From positions 19,719-83,718 of the forward strand of contig CAYWNT010000002.1 of the NCBI GenBank assembly GCA_964459725.1: DNA of 64,000 bases, given 5' to 3'. The notes beneath the pieces were generated by a model. The model made no database searches, was not told the DNA's origin, and worked only from the letters and a program-made list of their open reading frames with translations. This document shows, piece after piece, positions 45,747-54,497 of the stretch. Source of the DNA: an uncultured Gammaproteobacteria bacterium. GTDB lineage: Bacteria > Patescibacteriota > Patescibacteriia > Patescibacteriales > UBA12075. The first letter of the stretch is position 1, and every line of letters starts with the position of its first letter. The position numbers and the translations under genes were made by a program.

Positions 45747-46356
45747 AAATATATATCCTATTTTCCTTTTTGCTTTTTTTCATGCTGGACTGAAGTAAAT
45801 CCTTATCGCCGGAAAGGAAAGAATATCTCCCCTTCTTATTTGCCAACTCTATAACTCCGATAGGTTCAAAATTAGGAATTACAAAACCATTACTGAATAT
45901 AATTGTGCCTGACTTACATTCGAATTTGAATTTCTTATCGAGATCCCTGAGTTTTTCTGTGTCCAACTTACAATACAAGAGATCAACATTGCTCACGTCT
46001 ACATTTCTAGGTTCACTCTTTATGACTTTTATCCCGTTTCTTTTTAGAAATACTTGGAATCTATATATAATCGAATACCACCACGAATCCTCTACGCCCA
46101 CACATCTTGTATTTGGGTACTTTTTTTTGACTGCTCCTAGAAACCCAGATCTGCCACTTCCTATTGATATCACTTCTCCCTCGTTTTTTAAACCAACCTT
46201 TCTCACTTCATCTAATAACTGCTCTATAACCCATGGCCTTCCCTGAATAAAAGGAGAAAAACCTCTCAATAAAAAATTAAAGATTTGCCTTCCAATAATA
46301 AACAATAACAAATAAAATGCTGCGCTATAAAACAAAACTTCCCATTTACTTATCAT
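45736..46356 (-). CDS. membrane-anchored protein with a class I SAM-methyltransferase-like motif
   Basis: N-terminal TM helix, VISIGSGRSGFLG (motif I-like), CVGVEDS (motif II-like). Overlaps the next ORF by 11 nt. Weak call. Confidence 0.4.
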   Translation of the reverse strand: MISKWEVLFYSAAFYLLLFIIGRQIFNFLLRGFSPFIQGRPWVIEQLLDEVRKVGLKNEGEVISIGSGRSGFLGAVKKKYPNTRCVGVEDSWWYSIIYRFQVFLKRNGIKVIKSEPRNVDVSNVDLLYCKLDTEKLRDLDKKFKFECKSGTIIFSNGFVIPNFEPIGVIELANKKGRYSFLSGDKDLLQSSMKKSKKENRIYIYEI

Positions 46357-46534
46357 ATTTTAATACAATAATTAATAATTTCTTATTTCCACTCAAACAG
46401 ATCGTAAATAATCACAAAAAACCAGATAACAAAAACTAGATTACTCCATGACTAATTAATTATATTTTAGAATAATTTTAGCAAAAAATCAACTTTTTTG
46501 TTAAGTTTTGCTTTTTTTTAAGCAACAAAACAAG

Positions 46535-46565
46535 AAAAATCCTATTTAAATAGGATTTTTCTTTG
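46535..46565 (-). terminator. terminator downstream of ORF 46584..46934
   Basis: AAAAATCCTATTT/AAATAGGATTTTT palindrome followed by a T-rich tract. Confidence 0.6.
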
Positions 46566-46583
46566 CATTTTGTTTAATTTTAG

Positions 46584-46934
46584 CTATATTCTTTTAAATC
46601 TAACAGAAAAAATAGGTTCATACTTATTTTCCTTTTCATCTGAAACCTCAACAGTCTCCCCATCCATTAATTGAGTTATAGCTGCGTCACTCAATAGCAA
46701 ATTATCATTCTCCATGTCGAGTTTTATTGTATCCAATTTTGAAAATTCAGATCGAAATTCATCTTTGATAGACTCTTCTATCTTTTTCTTTGTGTCTTTT
46801 AGAACCTTCAACTCTTCTAGGGCGTCCTGATATTTCTTCGAGTTTGATAATGCATCACGATACATTGCCATGATGTCCTTTTTTTCTTTTTTTGATTTTT
46901 GGATTCTTTCAAATACTTTTTGAACTTTGCTCAT
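46584..46934 (-). CDS. hypothetical coiled-coil protein
   Basis: 116-aa K/E-rich ORF. No family recognised. Confidence 0.4.
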   Translation of the reverse strand: MSKVQKVFERIQKSKKEKKDIMAMYRDALSNSKKYQDALEELKVLKDTKKKIEESIKDEFRSEFSKLDTIKLDMENDNLLLSDAAITQLMDGETVEVSDEKENKYEPIFSVRFKRI

Positions 46935-46999
46935 AAAAAAATAAAACTCAAAATTAATAAATAATTAATCTTGAATTGATTAAGTGTTATTTGAATTTA

Positions 47000-47869
47000 T
47001 TATTTAATTTTATCTATCATGCCCGACAGCTCCTCGTCGCTAAAAAAATCAATTATTATCTGACCCCCACCCTCTTTTCTGACAATCCTGGCCTTAGTTC
47101 CGAAAAATTCACGCAGAGCGAATTCTTTATCATTATCACGATAATTTATTTTTACACGAGCCTGCTTTGTGCCTCCTGATTTTTTTATAGCTGTTTCCGT
47201 ATCTTTTACTGACAAGCCATTATGAACGATATTTCTAAACATCTTCATCTGCCTCACCTCTCCATCAATTCCAAGTAGGTACTTAGCATGTCCTTCTGAT
47301 ATCTTTCCGTTGATTAGGGCAAGCTGAATCTCATCAGGCAAATTTACCATACGAAGCGTATTAGCAATAGAGGAACGTGACTTGCCAACTTGCTTGGCAA
47401 CATCCTCCTGCGTAAGGTTAAATTCGTCCATCAAGCGCTTGTATGATAACGCCAAGTCAATTGGGTTCAGCTCCTCTCTTTGGATATTTTCTATAAGGGC
47501 AAGCTCCAATCTCTTTTGTTCATCCACATCCCGAAGTATTACAGGCACCTCCTCCAGTCCGGCTATCTTTGAGGCTCTCAAGCGTCTCTCTCCGGCAATA
47601 AGCTCGTACTTATCCTCCTCTTTCGGACTTACTACCAATGGCTGTATAATACCGTGTTTCTTTATGGACTCCGCTAGTTCATCAATCTTGTAATCTGTGA
47701 ATTTTTTTCTAGGCTGCATTTTATTAGCCACTACATCCTCGGGCCGAATCATCAAAACACCACCCTCTTTGTGTGGCACAATAGAACTATCTTCTTTTGT
47801 TGTAATTGCTCTTTTTGTTGGTTTTTGAGGAATCAGAGAACCAAGTCCCCTTCCTAATCCATTTGACAT
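47000..47869 (-). CDS. parB: chromosome partitioning protein ParB/Spo0J
   Basis: GIIQPLVVSP...YELIAGERRLRAS and an HTH (TQEDVAKQVGKSRSSIANTLR). 289 aa. Confidence 0.9.
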   Translation of the reverse strand: MSNGLGRGLGSLIPQKPTKRAITTKEDSSIVPHKEGGVLMIRPEDVVANKMQPRKKFTDYKIDELAESIKKHGIIQPLVVSPKEEDKYELIAGERRLRASKIAGLEEVPVILRDVDEQKRLELALIENIQREELNPIDLALSYKRLMDEFNLTQEDVAKQVGKSRSSIANTLRMVNLPDEIQLALINGKISEGHAKYLLGIDGEVRQMKMFRNIVHNGLSVKDTETAIKKSGGTKQARVKINYRDNDKEFALREFFGTKARIVRKEGGGQIIIDFFSDEELSGMIDKIK

Positions 47870-47895
47870 ATTTATAATTAAATTAATTTAAATAA

Positions 47896-48660
47896 TTACA
47901 CTTCGAGATTGATCAGCTCTCTAGCTAGTTTATCGTATGCTTTGCCTCCTTTTGATTTTGGATCATAGTGAAGTATTGATCGTCCATAACTCGGAGCCTC
48001 GGCCAAGCGAACACTCCTTGGGATCACAGAACGAAAAACTCTATTCGGAAAATACTGATAGAGCTCATTCATCACAGCACCGGATAACTTGTTGCGCTTA
48101 TCGTACATGGTAATAATTGCTCCCATCACTCCCAAATCCGGCTTCAAACCTCTCTGGACCAAACCTATTGTTTCCAAGAGCTGACTAAGCCCCTCTAGGG
48201 CGTAATACTCACTCTGAATTGGAATCAAAACCTCATCAGCCGCCACCAAACTATTTACCGTAAGAAGCCCCAAAGAAGGTGGCCCGTCTATAATTATGTA
48301 ATCATACTCATCTCTAACCATCTCTAATGTGTCCTTTAGTCGAAATTCTCTATCATCCATCCCAACAAGCTCTATACCAGCACCAGCCAGAGACAGGGTG
48401 GCCGGAGCAATCATAAATTTATCCTGTACTGTCCTCTTGGTAATACTAAAGATTTCCTTTTGCCCGATTATGGCTTCATAAATTCCATGAGGAATATTCT
48501 TGTGATCAACGCCTATGCCTGAAGTAGCATTTGCCTGCGGATCAATATCAACTAGGAGAACATTTTTACCCAAATAAGCCAAGTACGCACTTAGATTAAC
48601 TGCGGTAGTGGTTTTTCCCACACCGCCTTTTTGATTTACTATTGAAATAATCTTTCCCAT
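47896..48660 (-). CDS. parA: chromosome partitioning ATPase ParA/Soj
   Basis: Deviant Walker [18 protein letters not shown]. 254 aa. Adjacent to parB. Confidence 0.95.
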   Translation of the reverse strand: MGKIISIVNQKGGVGKTTTAVNLSAYLAYLGKNVLLVDIDPQANATSGIGVDHKNIPHGIYEAIIGQKEIFSITKRTVQDKFMIAPATLSLAGAGIELVGMDDREFRLKDTLEMVRDEYDYIIIDGPPSLGLLTVNSLVAADEVLIPIQSEYYALEGLSQLLETIGLVQRGLKPDLGVMGAIITMYDKRNKLSGAVMNELYQYFPNRVFRSVIPRSVRLAEAPSYGRSILHYDPKSKGGKAYDKLARELINLEV

Positions 48661-48863
48661 TTAATACTTTATTTAACTACTTTTTCTAATTCTCTCTATT
48701 TTACCATAATGTAATTATAGCCCAAAAATTAATTTTTGACAATTTTTGACAATTTTTAAAAAATACTATAAGCTGTAATAAACAAGAATACAAGAATATA
48801 AAAAATAGACTTTTAATTAATTCTTATTTTTATATTTTGAATTCTTGTATTTTTATTAAGCAA

Positions 48864-48947
48864 GCCTCGGTGGCGGAACTGGTAGACGCGCGGGATTCAA
48901 AATCCCGTTTTCCTTGGAAAGTGAGAGTTCGATTCTCTCCCGAGGCA
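48864..48947 (+). tRNA. tRNA-Leu(CAA)
   Basis: Acceptor GCCTCGG/CCGAGGC. Anticodon arm CGGGA-TTCAAAA-TCCCG. Long variable arm. T-arm GAGAG-TTCGATT-CTCTC. Discriminator A. CCA not encoded. Confidence 0.9.
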
Positions 48948-48948
48948 C

Positions 48949-48980
48949 AAAAAAACAAGACTCAAGAGTCTTGTTTTTTT
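48949..48980. terminator. bidirectional terminator after tRNA-Leu
   Basis: AAAAAAACAAGACTC-AA-GAGTCTTGTTTTTTT. Confidence 0.75.
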
Positions 48981-48990
48981 ATTGAGAAAT

Positions 48991-49275
48991 TTAAATGTTA
49001 TTTTCAATTTCTGAATTTACTTCTGTTTCTACTTCAGCTTTTTCTTCTTGTTTGATTCCTGATTTAAATCCAAATTTAGACAACAACATCATCATCGGGC
49101 AATACCCAGTCAATGATGACAAAAGTAACATAACACCCATAAAGGCAATAAAATATAAAAATTTTTCACTAACTGTCATTACCAATATGACACTTACTAA
49201 AGTAAAAAACCCAAAAAGGAAAAATATTATCCTCTCCAGATACCAACTATCAGTTGGCTGTTTATGAATGGACAT
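48991..49275 (-). CDS. DUF2892 (YgaP-like) small membrane protein
   Basis: Two TM helices followed by LTGYCPMMMLLSKFG. Confidence 0.55.
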   Translation of the reverse strand: MSIHKQPTDSWYLERIIFFLFGFFTLVSVILVMTVSEKFLYFIAFMGVMLLLSSLTGYCPMMMLLSKFGFKSGIKQEEKAEVETEVNSEIENNI

Positions 49276-49402
49276 AAGTTTTTAATTAATAATTAAATAA
49301 ACTCTTATTTATTGTAGCACATTTTATATTTGTAGACTAAGGTTTAAGCATCTTATAAAATAAAATTTTTACATATCTTGGTCGTTTTGATATAATATAA
49401 AT

Positions 49403-50152
49403 ATGCAAAACATATATCTCTATATTTCCATAAGTATTATGACAGTTTCTGCCCTCTCTCTGGTCGGAGTATTTTTTCTGTCTTTCAATATAGAAAAATT
49501 AAAAAAAGTTACTATTTTTCTTGTTAGCTTTTCTACTGGAACCTTACTTGGGGGCGCATTGATTCATTTACTACCAGAATCAATAGAAGAATATGGCTCT
49601 GACATATCAATCTGGTTATCACTCCTTGCCGGAATATTATCCTTCTTTGTTCTAGAAAAAATTATTCGTTGGAGACATTGCCACGTGCCAACCTCAAAAG
49701 ACCACCCCCATCCACTTGGAGCAATGAACTTAATCGGAGATGGTTTACATAACTTTATTGACGGCATAATAATCGCATCAGCCTTCCTGGTTGATGTGAA
49801 ACTTGGAATAGCCACCTCGATTGCTGTCATTACCCATGAAATCCCCCAAGAAATCGCCGACTTTGGTATTCTTATACACGCCGGGTATACAAAAAAAAGA
49901 GCCTTGATACTTAATTTTCTTATATCTCTTGCATCGGCCGCGGGTGCCATACTCACAATATTATTGCTTAACAATATTGAAAATATCACAAAATTTATAA
50001 TACCCCTAACCGCTGGTGGCTTTATCTACATAGCCACAGCCGATCTTATTCCTGAGCTAAGAAAAGAAGTCTCAATAAAAAAATCTCTCTTACAGATAAT
50101 TGTTATACTTTTGGGCATTGCTATAATGTACGGACTCCTATATATTGGTTAA
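49403..50152 (+). CDS. ZIP-family divalent metal transporter (ZupT-like)
   Basis: HNFIDGIIIASAF and HEIPQEIADFGIL. 249 aa, polytopic. Confidence 0.85.
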   Translation: MQNIYLYISISIMTVSALSLVGVFFLSFNIEKLKKVTIFLVSFSTGTLLGGALIHLLPESIEEYGSDISIWLSLLAGILSFFVLEKIIRWRHCHVPTSKDHPHPLGAMNLIGDGLHNFIDGIIIASAFLVDVKLGIATSIAVITHEIPQEIADFGILIHAGYTKKRALILNFLISLASAAGAILTILLLNNIENITKFIIPLTAGGFIYIATADLIPELRKEVSIKKSLLQIIVILLGIAIMYGLLYIG

Positions 50153-50212
50153 ATAAAAAAAGAAAGCTAAAAATAAAATATTTTCAGCTTTCTTTTTTAT
50201 TATCTCTATCAA

Positions 50213-50244
50213 TCATCTGAAAAAACGATCGTTTTTTCAGATGA
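50213..50244. repeat. 32-nt perfect palindrome between convergent genes
   Basis: TCATCTGAAAAAACGATCGTTTTTTCAGATGA. Preceded by a second hairpin AGAAAGCT-N17-AGCTTTCT with a T-run (50161-50198). Confidence 0.7.
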
Positions 50245-50260
50245 CGATTGTAAGTATTTA

Positions 50261-51370
50261 TCAATCAATTACTTCCTGATAAATACCATCAATTTTCTCT
50301 ATAATAGTCGGCCAATTAAATTTCTGCACAGTCTCTAGACCTCTCTTCGAAAATCTATCTATCATTTCCTTGTCACTCAAGAGTTTAATTATGGCCTGCG
50401 ATATTTCCTCTGAACTCTTCGGATTTATCATGAGACCATTCTCGCCATTTGTAATAATATCCGGTATTCCACCAACATTTGTTCCAATCGGCGGAACTCC
50501 GCACGCTTGTGACTCTATGAACACATTCCCCAAACCTTCAGCTAGCGACGGACAAATAAATATTTCTGATTTCTTAATCTCAGTTAACACTTGATCATGA
50601 GGCAAATTGCCAGTCAGAACTACACTATCTTTGATATTTTTTTCTTCAATCATTTTCTCAATATCCCCTCTTTTATCACCCTCCCCCACTAAAACCAATT
50701 TGGCACCAGGAATGCTCTTCAAAACTTCCGGCCAAGCCTCTATCAGATAATTATGCCCTTTCTCCCAGGAGAGACGGCCAACCATCACCACTCTATTCCT
50801 CTCCTTTTCTTGCTCACCTGGAATTTCAGACATTTCAACTCCGTTTGGAGTAATAAAAATTCTTTCCTCACTTACCCCTAGTTTTTTCGCACGCTCTACT
50901 AGAAATGAACTAATAGCTGTGACTATGTCTGGTGACGTATGAAGGGCCTTGAAAAACATTTTAAATAATAATCTTTTCTGATTTTTAGGGTCATCCATGT
51001 CTCCACTCTGTAGAGTTAAAATTCTTTTTGTCTTTGGGTATAAGTACTTAACCAAAGCAAGCGCCCCACCAGCATAGCTCTCCATGATCGCATGTGTGAT
51101 TTGAGGTTTTATCTTCTTGACCCTCAGGGCCGACAATAAAATGTATAAAATTTTATCTATCTGCATATGGCCAATTCCCACCCTCTCAATCACAAAATTA
51201 TCACGCTTTTCAACTCTAGGAAGAGATTTATCATAAAGACCGGTCAATAAAGTAATTTCATAATTATTACCAAGTCTCTCGACCACCTCCTTAACCATCT
51301 GCTCAGCCCCACTCATATATGGCTCATAAAAAGCTGACAGCACAACTAATTTTAATTTTTCTTTGCTCAT
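50261..51370 (-). CDS. GT4-family (GT-B) glycosyltransferase
   Basis: Start at MSKEKLKLVVLSAFYEPYMSGAEQ (the track start at 51403 adds 11 aa). C-terminal EGLGNVFIESQACGVPPIGTNVGGIPDII. Confidence 0.8.
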   Translation of the reverse strand: MSKEKLKLVVLSAFYEPYMSGAEQMVKEVVERLGNNYEITLLTGLYDKSLPRVEKRDNFVIERVGIGHMQIDKILYILLSALRVKKIKPQITHAIMESYAGGALALVKYLYPKTKRILTLQSGDMDDPKNQKRLLFKMFFKALHTSPDIVTAISSFLVERAKKLGVSEERIFITPNGVEMSEIPGEQEKERNRVVMVGRLSWEKGHNYLIEAWPEVLKSIPGAKLVLVGEGDKRGDIEKMIEEKNIKDSVVLTGNLPHDQVLTEIKKSEIFICPSLAEGLGNVFIESQACGVPPIGTNVGGIPDIITNGENGLMINPKSSEEISQAIIKLLSDKEMIDRFSKRGLETVQKFNWPTIIEKIDGIYQEVID

Positions 51371-51549
51371 AAAAACTATCTTCCCTAATATCCCGAGGAT
51401 CATTTCCCAGCTAAACCAAGAATTAGCTGCACGATCTCCTGTCCTCCGAAATTTTAATGTAGGGGGATTAAGAAATTATTAATATTCAATAAGTAAATAA
51501 ATAATAACATTTCAGAGCATTTATCACAACCTTTTTAAGGAGTGAGCTA

Positions 51550-51578
51550 TTGACTTTGTCATAAATCTGTACTATACT
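51550..51578 (+). promoter_or_regulatory. near-consensus promoter of the 67-aa ORF
   Basis: TTGACT, 17-nt spacer, TATACT. Confidence 0.6.
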
Positions 51579-51612
51579 TATACAAAACCACAACACAAGG
51601 AAGGAGGCAATT

Positions 51613-51816
51613 ATGCTATACATTGGCGCGCTTTCTCGTAAAGACTACGAAAAAATAATTAATTTCCTTATAAAGCACGAGATATTCATTGTCATCCAAA
51701 ACGATAGAATGATGAAAGTTGCTGTAAAAGGAGTAGAAAAAAAACAACTCGAAGAACAATTACGAAGCGAAATTACGCTTGAAAGAAGTGTCTCAATAAA
51801 CAAACCCTTGAATTAA
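51613..51816 (+). CDS. small hypothetical protein (67 aa)
   Basis: GGAAGGAGG lies 5 nt upstream of the ATG. It has its own promoter and terminator. No family recognised. Confidence 0.5.
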   Translation: MLYIGALSRKDYEKIINFLIKHEIFIVIQNDRMMKVAVKGVEKKQLEEQLRSEITLERSVSINKPLN

Positions 51817-51841
51817 ATTAGGGTAATACGAACTCGCTAAT

Positions 51842-51887
51842 GCCGCCACAACTTACCAAAAAGTTGAGGCGGCTTTTCTTTTTTTAA
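51842..51887 (+). terminator. intrinsic terminator of the 67-aa ORF
   Basis: GCCGCCACAACTT-N6-AAGTTGAGGCGGC, then TTTTCTTTTTTTT. Confidence 0.75.
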
Positions 51888-51893
51888 AATGGC

Positions 51894-51933
51894 GCAAAAA
51901 AACAGGCCGCACATTAAAAAGTGCGGCCTGTTT
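51894..51933 (-). terminator. intrinsic terminator of the UXS-fusion gene
   Basis: ACAGGCCGCAC-N8-GTGCGGCCTGT, then TTTTTTTG on the minus strand. Confidence 0.75.
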
Positions 51934-51951
51934 ATATGATATCAAATTATC

Positions 51952-53520
51952 TTACAATGGTCTTGATAATTTCTTTTCCTGCTTGTCCAACAACGAAGAG
52001 TATGTCTCCCTTACCTTTTTCGCCAAATCAATATCCTTTTGATTCATAACCGAAGTATTATTTTTATCCTTAGCTAGTTCTTTCATCTGTTTCATGGCAT
52101 CATAATCAGTAAAATAAACCGAATCTGCTTTTCTAAAAATCAATTTGTAGACAGGAAGTAATAGCTTCCCTTTAAAAAATCCTCTTTTCTCAACTTCTGT
52201 TTTATCTAGGGTGAGAAGGAAATTAATCTTCTTGTTAAAGAATTTCAAAAGTACAGCTGCCAATCCTCCATAGCTCGCCATCACAGACCAGGCAAAGCGA
52301 TATTTGAACTCCTTGTTGAGCTCACGTGCCTTTCTAGCCCCTCTCCATGGGAATAGGTATTTGCCAAGAATGTTCCCGCCGCCTAAACGATAAATGTGAT
52401 TGTTTTCCAATTGCTCAAAGTTCTTGAGTCCCTTTCTAGATTTAACAGTTATGATATGAAACTCTGTATCAGGCATAGACTTCGTGAGTTCCATTATAGC
52501 GTTTTCAGCTGGTCCCATATCAGGATAATAAGTAGTAGAAAAAACCAAAATCTTCTTATCTGGCAAATCTATGCTCTTGTAATATTCTATTGTTTCTCTT
52601 GCTCCATCTTCCAGTGACACTGTCGGCTCCCAGTCAAGCTCCTTTTTCGCTCGATCAATATTTGGCCTTCTAAATTTAGGATCACCAGTCAATTCCTTAT
52701 CATATATAATCTTAGATTTTGATCCTATTGTCCTTATAATCGTCTCTGCTAACTCCTGAACAGTAATCTCTTTTGTGCTTCCGATGTTAACAGGGCCAAA
52801 AAATCCCTTTTCTCTCTTCATCATCCTGTCGACGGCCTCTACTAAGTCAGAAACATACAAATGACTTCGAGTAAACGACCCGTCACCATAAATTGTGAGA
52901 TCTTTATTTGCAAGTGCCGCAACTATAAAATTACTCATCACTCGCCCATCACGATGATATACATTTGGTCCATAAGTATTGAATATTCTCATAATCTTCA
53001 CATCAACCCCGTATTTTCTAAAATAATCCATACACAGAGTCTCTGCTGCTCTCTTTCCTTCCTCATAACAAGCTCGAGCTGTCAAAGTATCAACTAGTCC
53101 AATATCGTCCTCAGACATCCTCTCCCCTTTCTCTCTTACACCATAAACATCAGATGACGAAGCCTGGATAAACTTAGCGTCATGCTTTCTGGCAATCTCT
53201 AACATATTTATGACACCGTGGATATTCGACTTTAGCGTATGAACCGGATCAACCTGCAAATCAACACAAGAAACAGGGCAAGCAAAATTAAGCACCCAGT
53301 CAATTTTTTCCTTGAACTCGATAGGGTCAATAATATCATGCTGGATAAACTTGAAATTATCATTATCCATGAACTCATCTATATTTTCAGTTGACCTACT
53401 TTTCTGCAAGTTATCAATACAAATCACCTTGTGCCCCTCATCCAAGTATCTCCTACATAAATGAGAGCCAACAAAGCCCGCTCCTCCTGTTATTAAAACT
53501 GTTCTTTTTGTATTATTCAT
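51952..53520 (-). CDS. UDP-glucuronate decarboxylase (UXS-type SDR) fused to a GT-B N-terminal-half-like domain
   Basis: N-terminal VLITGGAGFVGSHLCRRYLDEGHKVICIDNL, plus a YxxxK-type SDR core of about 315 aa. The C-terminal ~200 aa (KKILVFSTTYYPDMGPAENAIMEL...) resembles the N-half of the GT4 at 50261..51370. Confidence 0.75.
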   Translation of the reverse strand: MNNTKRTVLITGGAGFVGSHLCRRYLDEGHKVICIDNLQKSRSTENIDEFMDNDNFKFIQHDIIDPIEFKEKIDWVLNFACPVSCVDLQVDPVHTLKSNIHGVINMLEIARKHDAKFIQASSSDVYGVREKGERMSEDDIGLVDTLTARACYEEGKRAAETLCMDYFRKYGVDVKIMRIFNTYGPNVYHRDGRVMSNFIVAALANKDLTIYGDGSFTRSHLYVSDLVEAVDRMMKREKGFFGPVNIGSTKEITVQELAETIIRTIGSKSKIIYDKELTGDPKFRRPNIDRAKKELDWEPTVSLEDGARETIEYYKSIDLPDKKILVFSTTYYPDMGPAENAIMELTKSMPDTEFHIITVKSRKGLKNFEQLENNHIYRLGGGNILGKYLFPWRGARKARELNKEFKYRFAWSVMASYGGLAAVLLKFFNKKINFLLTLDKTEVEKRGFFKGKLLLPVYKLIFRKADSVYFTDYDAMKQMKELAKDKNNTSVMNQKDIDLAKKVRETYSSLLDKQEKKLSRPL

Positions 53521-54376
53521 CTCTTTTATTTAGTATATCTTTTCCATAAACTCCTTCGAGTAAATCCAAATCTTTTTCACTATCCAAAAGAAGTTTAATA
53601 TTTTTCTCCTGAAGCGCGTCTAGAACCTTCATGCCCAAATCATCTCCAACCTTATCATTGTAAATTTCAGAAAAGGCTGCAAAATCTTTGATAAAACAAT
53701 GCCCACCAGCACCTCGACCGCTCTTATGAATCGGATCCAAATGAGTTCTGCCAATACGCGGATCTGCAGACAAGGCATCACGAATCTTTTCCCATTTAGC
53801 GCCTTTCTCTCTAGCTAAATCATAAAGCATGTTTATAAATATCACCTTGAAATAAAACCAACAATTGCCACCATATTTTATAAGCTCTGCCTCCTTGGCT
53901 GAGCAAACTAATTTATAAGGTGTGTAGGCCAGAGTATCCATAACCATTCTTGCTTTTTCCTTGTGCTCATCTGACATTTCAGAAATACCAATTATATTAC
54001 GATCAGGATTAGCTGCATCATGAGCAGCTGTGGCTTCAGTTAGAAACTCAGGAGAATGCATTACAAATACTTCAGGGTAAACTTTTTGCAACCTCTCTGT
54101 CACGCCAGGAAGAATAGTGGATTTAATTACTGCGACATTGCCCTCTCCTACATTTTTTATCGCATCTTCTAAAATACTGTGGTCAAAACCATCAGGAGTA
54201 GAAGGGGTTGGAACAGCAATAAAAACTATATCACACTTTTTTATTTTTTCTTTATTTTTTCTATGCGGTTCTTCCAATGCGTAGCGCACAACATCATGCC
54301 CTCTTTCTTCAAAATTATCTGCATAGTTCTTACCAATCCAGCCTTGTCCTATAAAGCCGATTTTTATATTTCCCAT
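53513..54376 (-). CDS. short UDP-glucose/GDP-mannose dehydrogenase-family protein
   Basis: Rossmann IGFIGQGWIGKNYA and a catalytic-Cys-like GGHCFIKD. Only 287 aa, so it appears to lack the usual C-terminal UDP-binding domain. Overlaps the UXS gene by 8 nt. Confidence 0.55.
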   Translation of the reverse strand: MGNIKIGFIGQGWIGKNYADNFEERGHDVVRYALEEPHRKNKEKIKKCDIVFIAVPTPSTPDGFDHSILEDAIKNVGEGNVAVIKSTILPGVTERLQKVYPEVFVMHSPEFLTEATAAHDAANPDRNIIGISEMSDEHKEKARMVMDTLAYTPYKLVCSAKEAELIKYGGNCWFYFKVIFINMLYDLAREKGAKWEKIRDALSADPRIGRTHLDPIHKSGRGAGGHCFIKDFAAFSEIYNDKVGDDLGMKVLDALQEKNIKLLLDSEKDLDLLEGVYGKDILNKRDE

Positions 54377-54497
54377 ATTGTTTAAAATAAAAATCTAAGA
54401 AACTGTTCAAAAATAGAAACTTAGATCTTAACTTGAATAATGTTATTCTTTAAGCTATCATTAATATATCATAATTACGCAATAAAAGTCAACTAAT

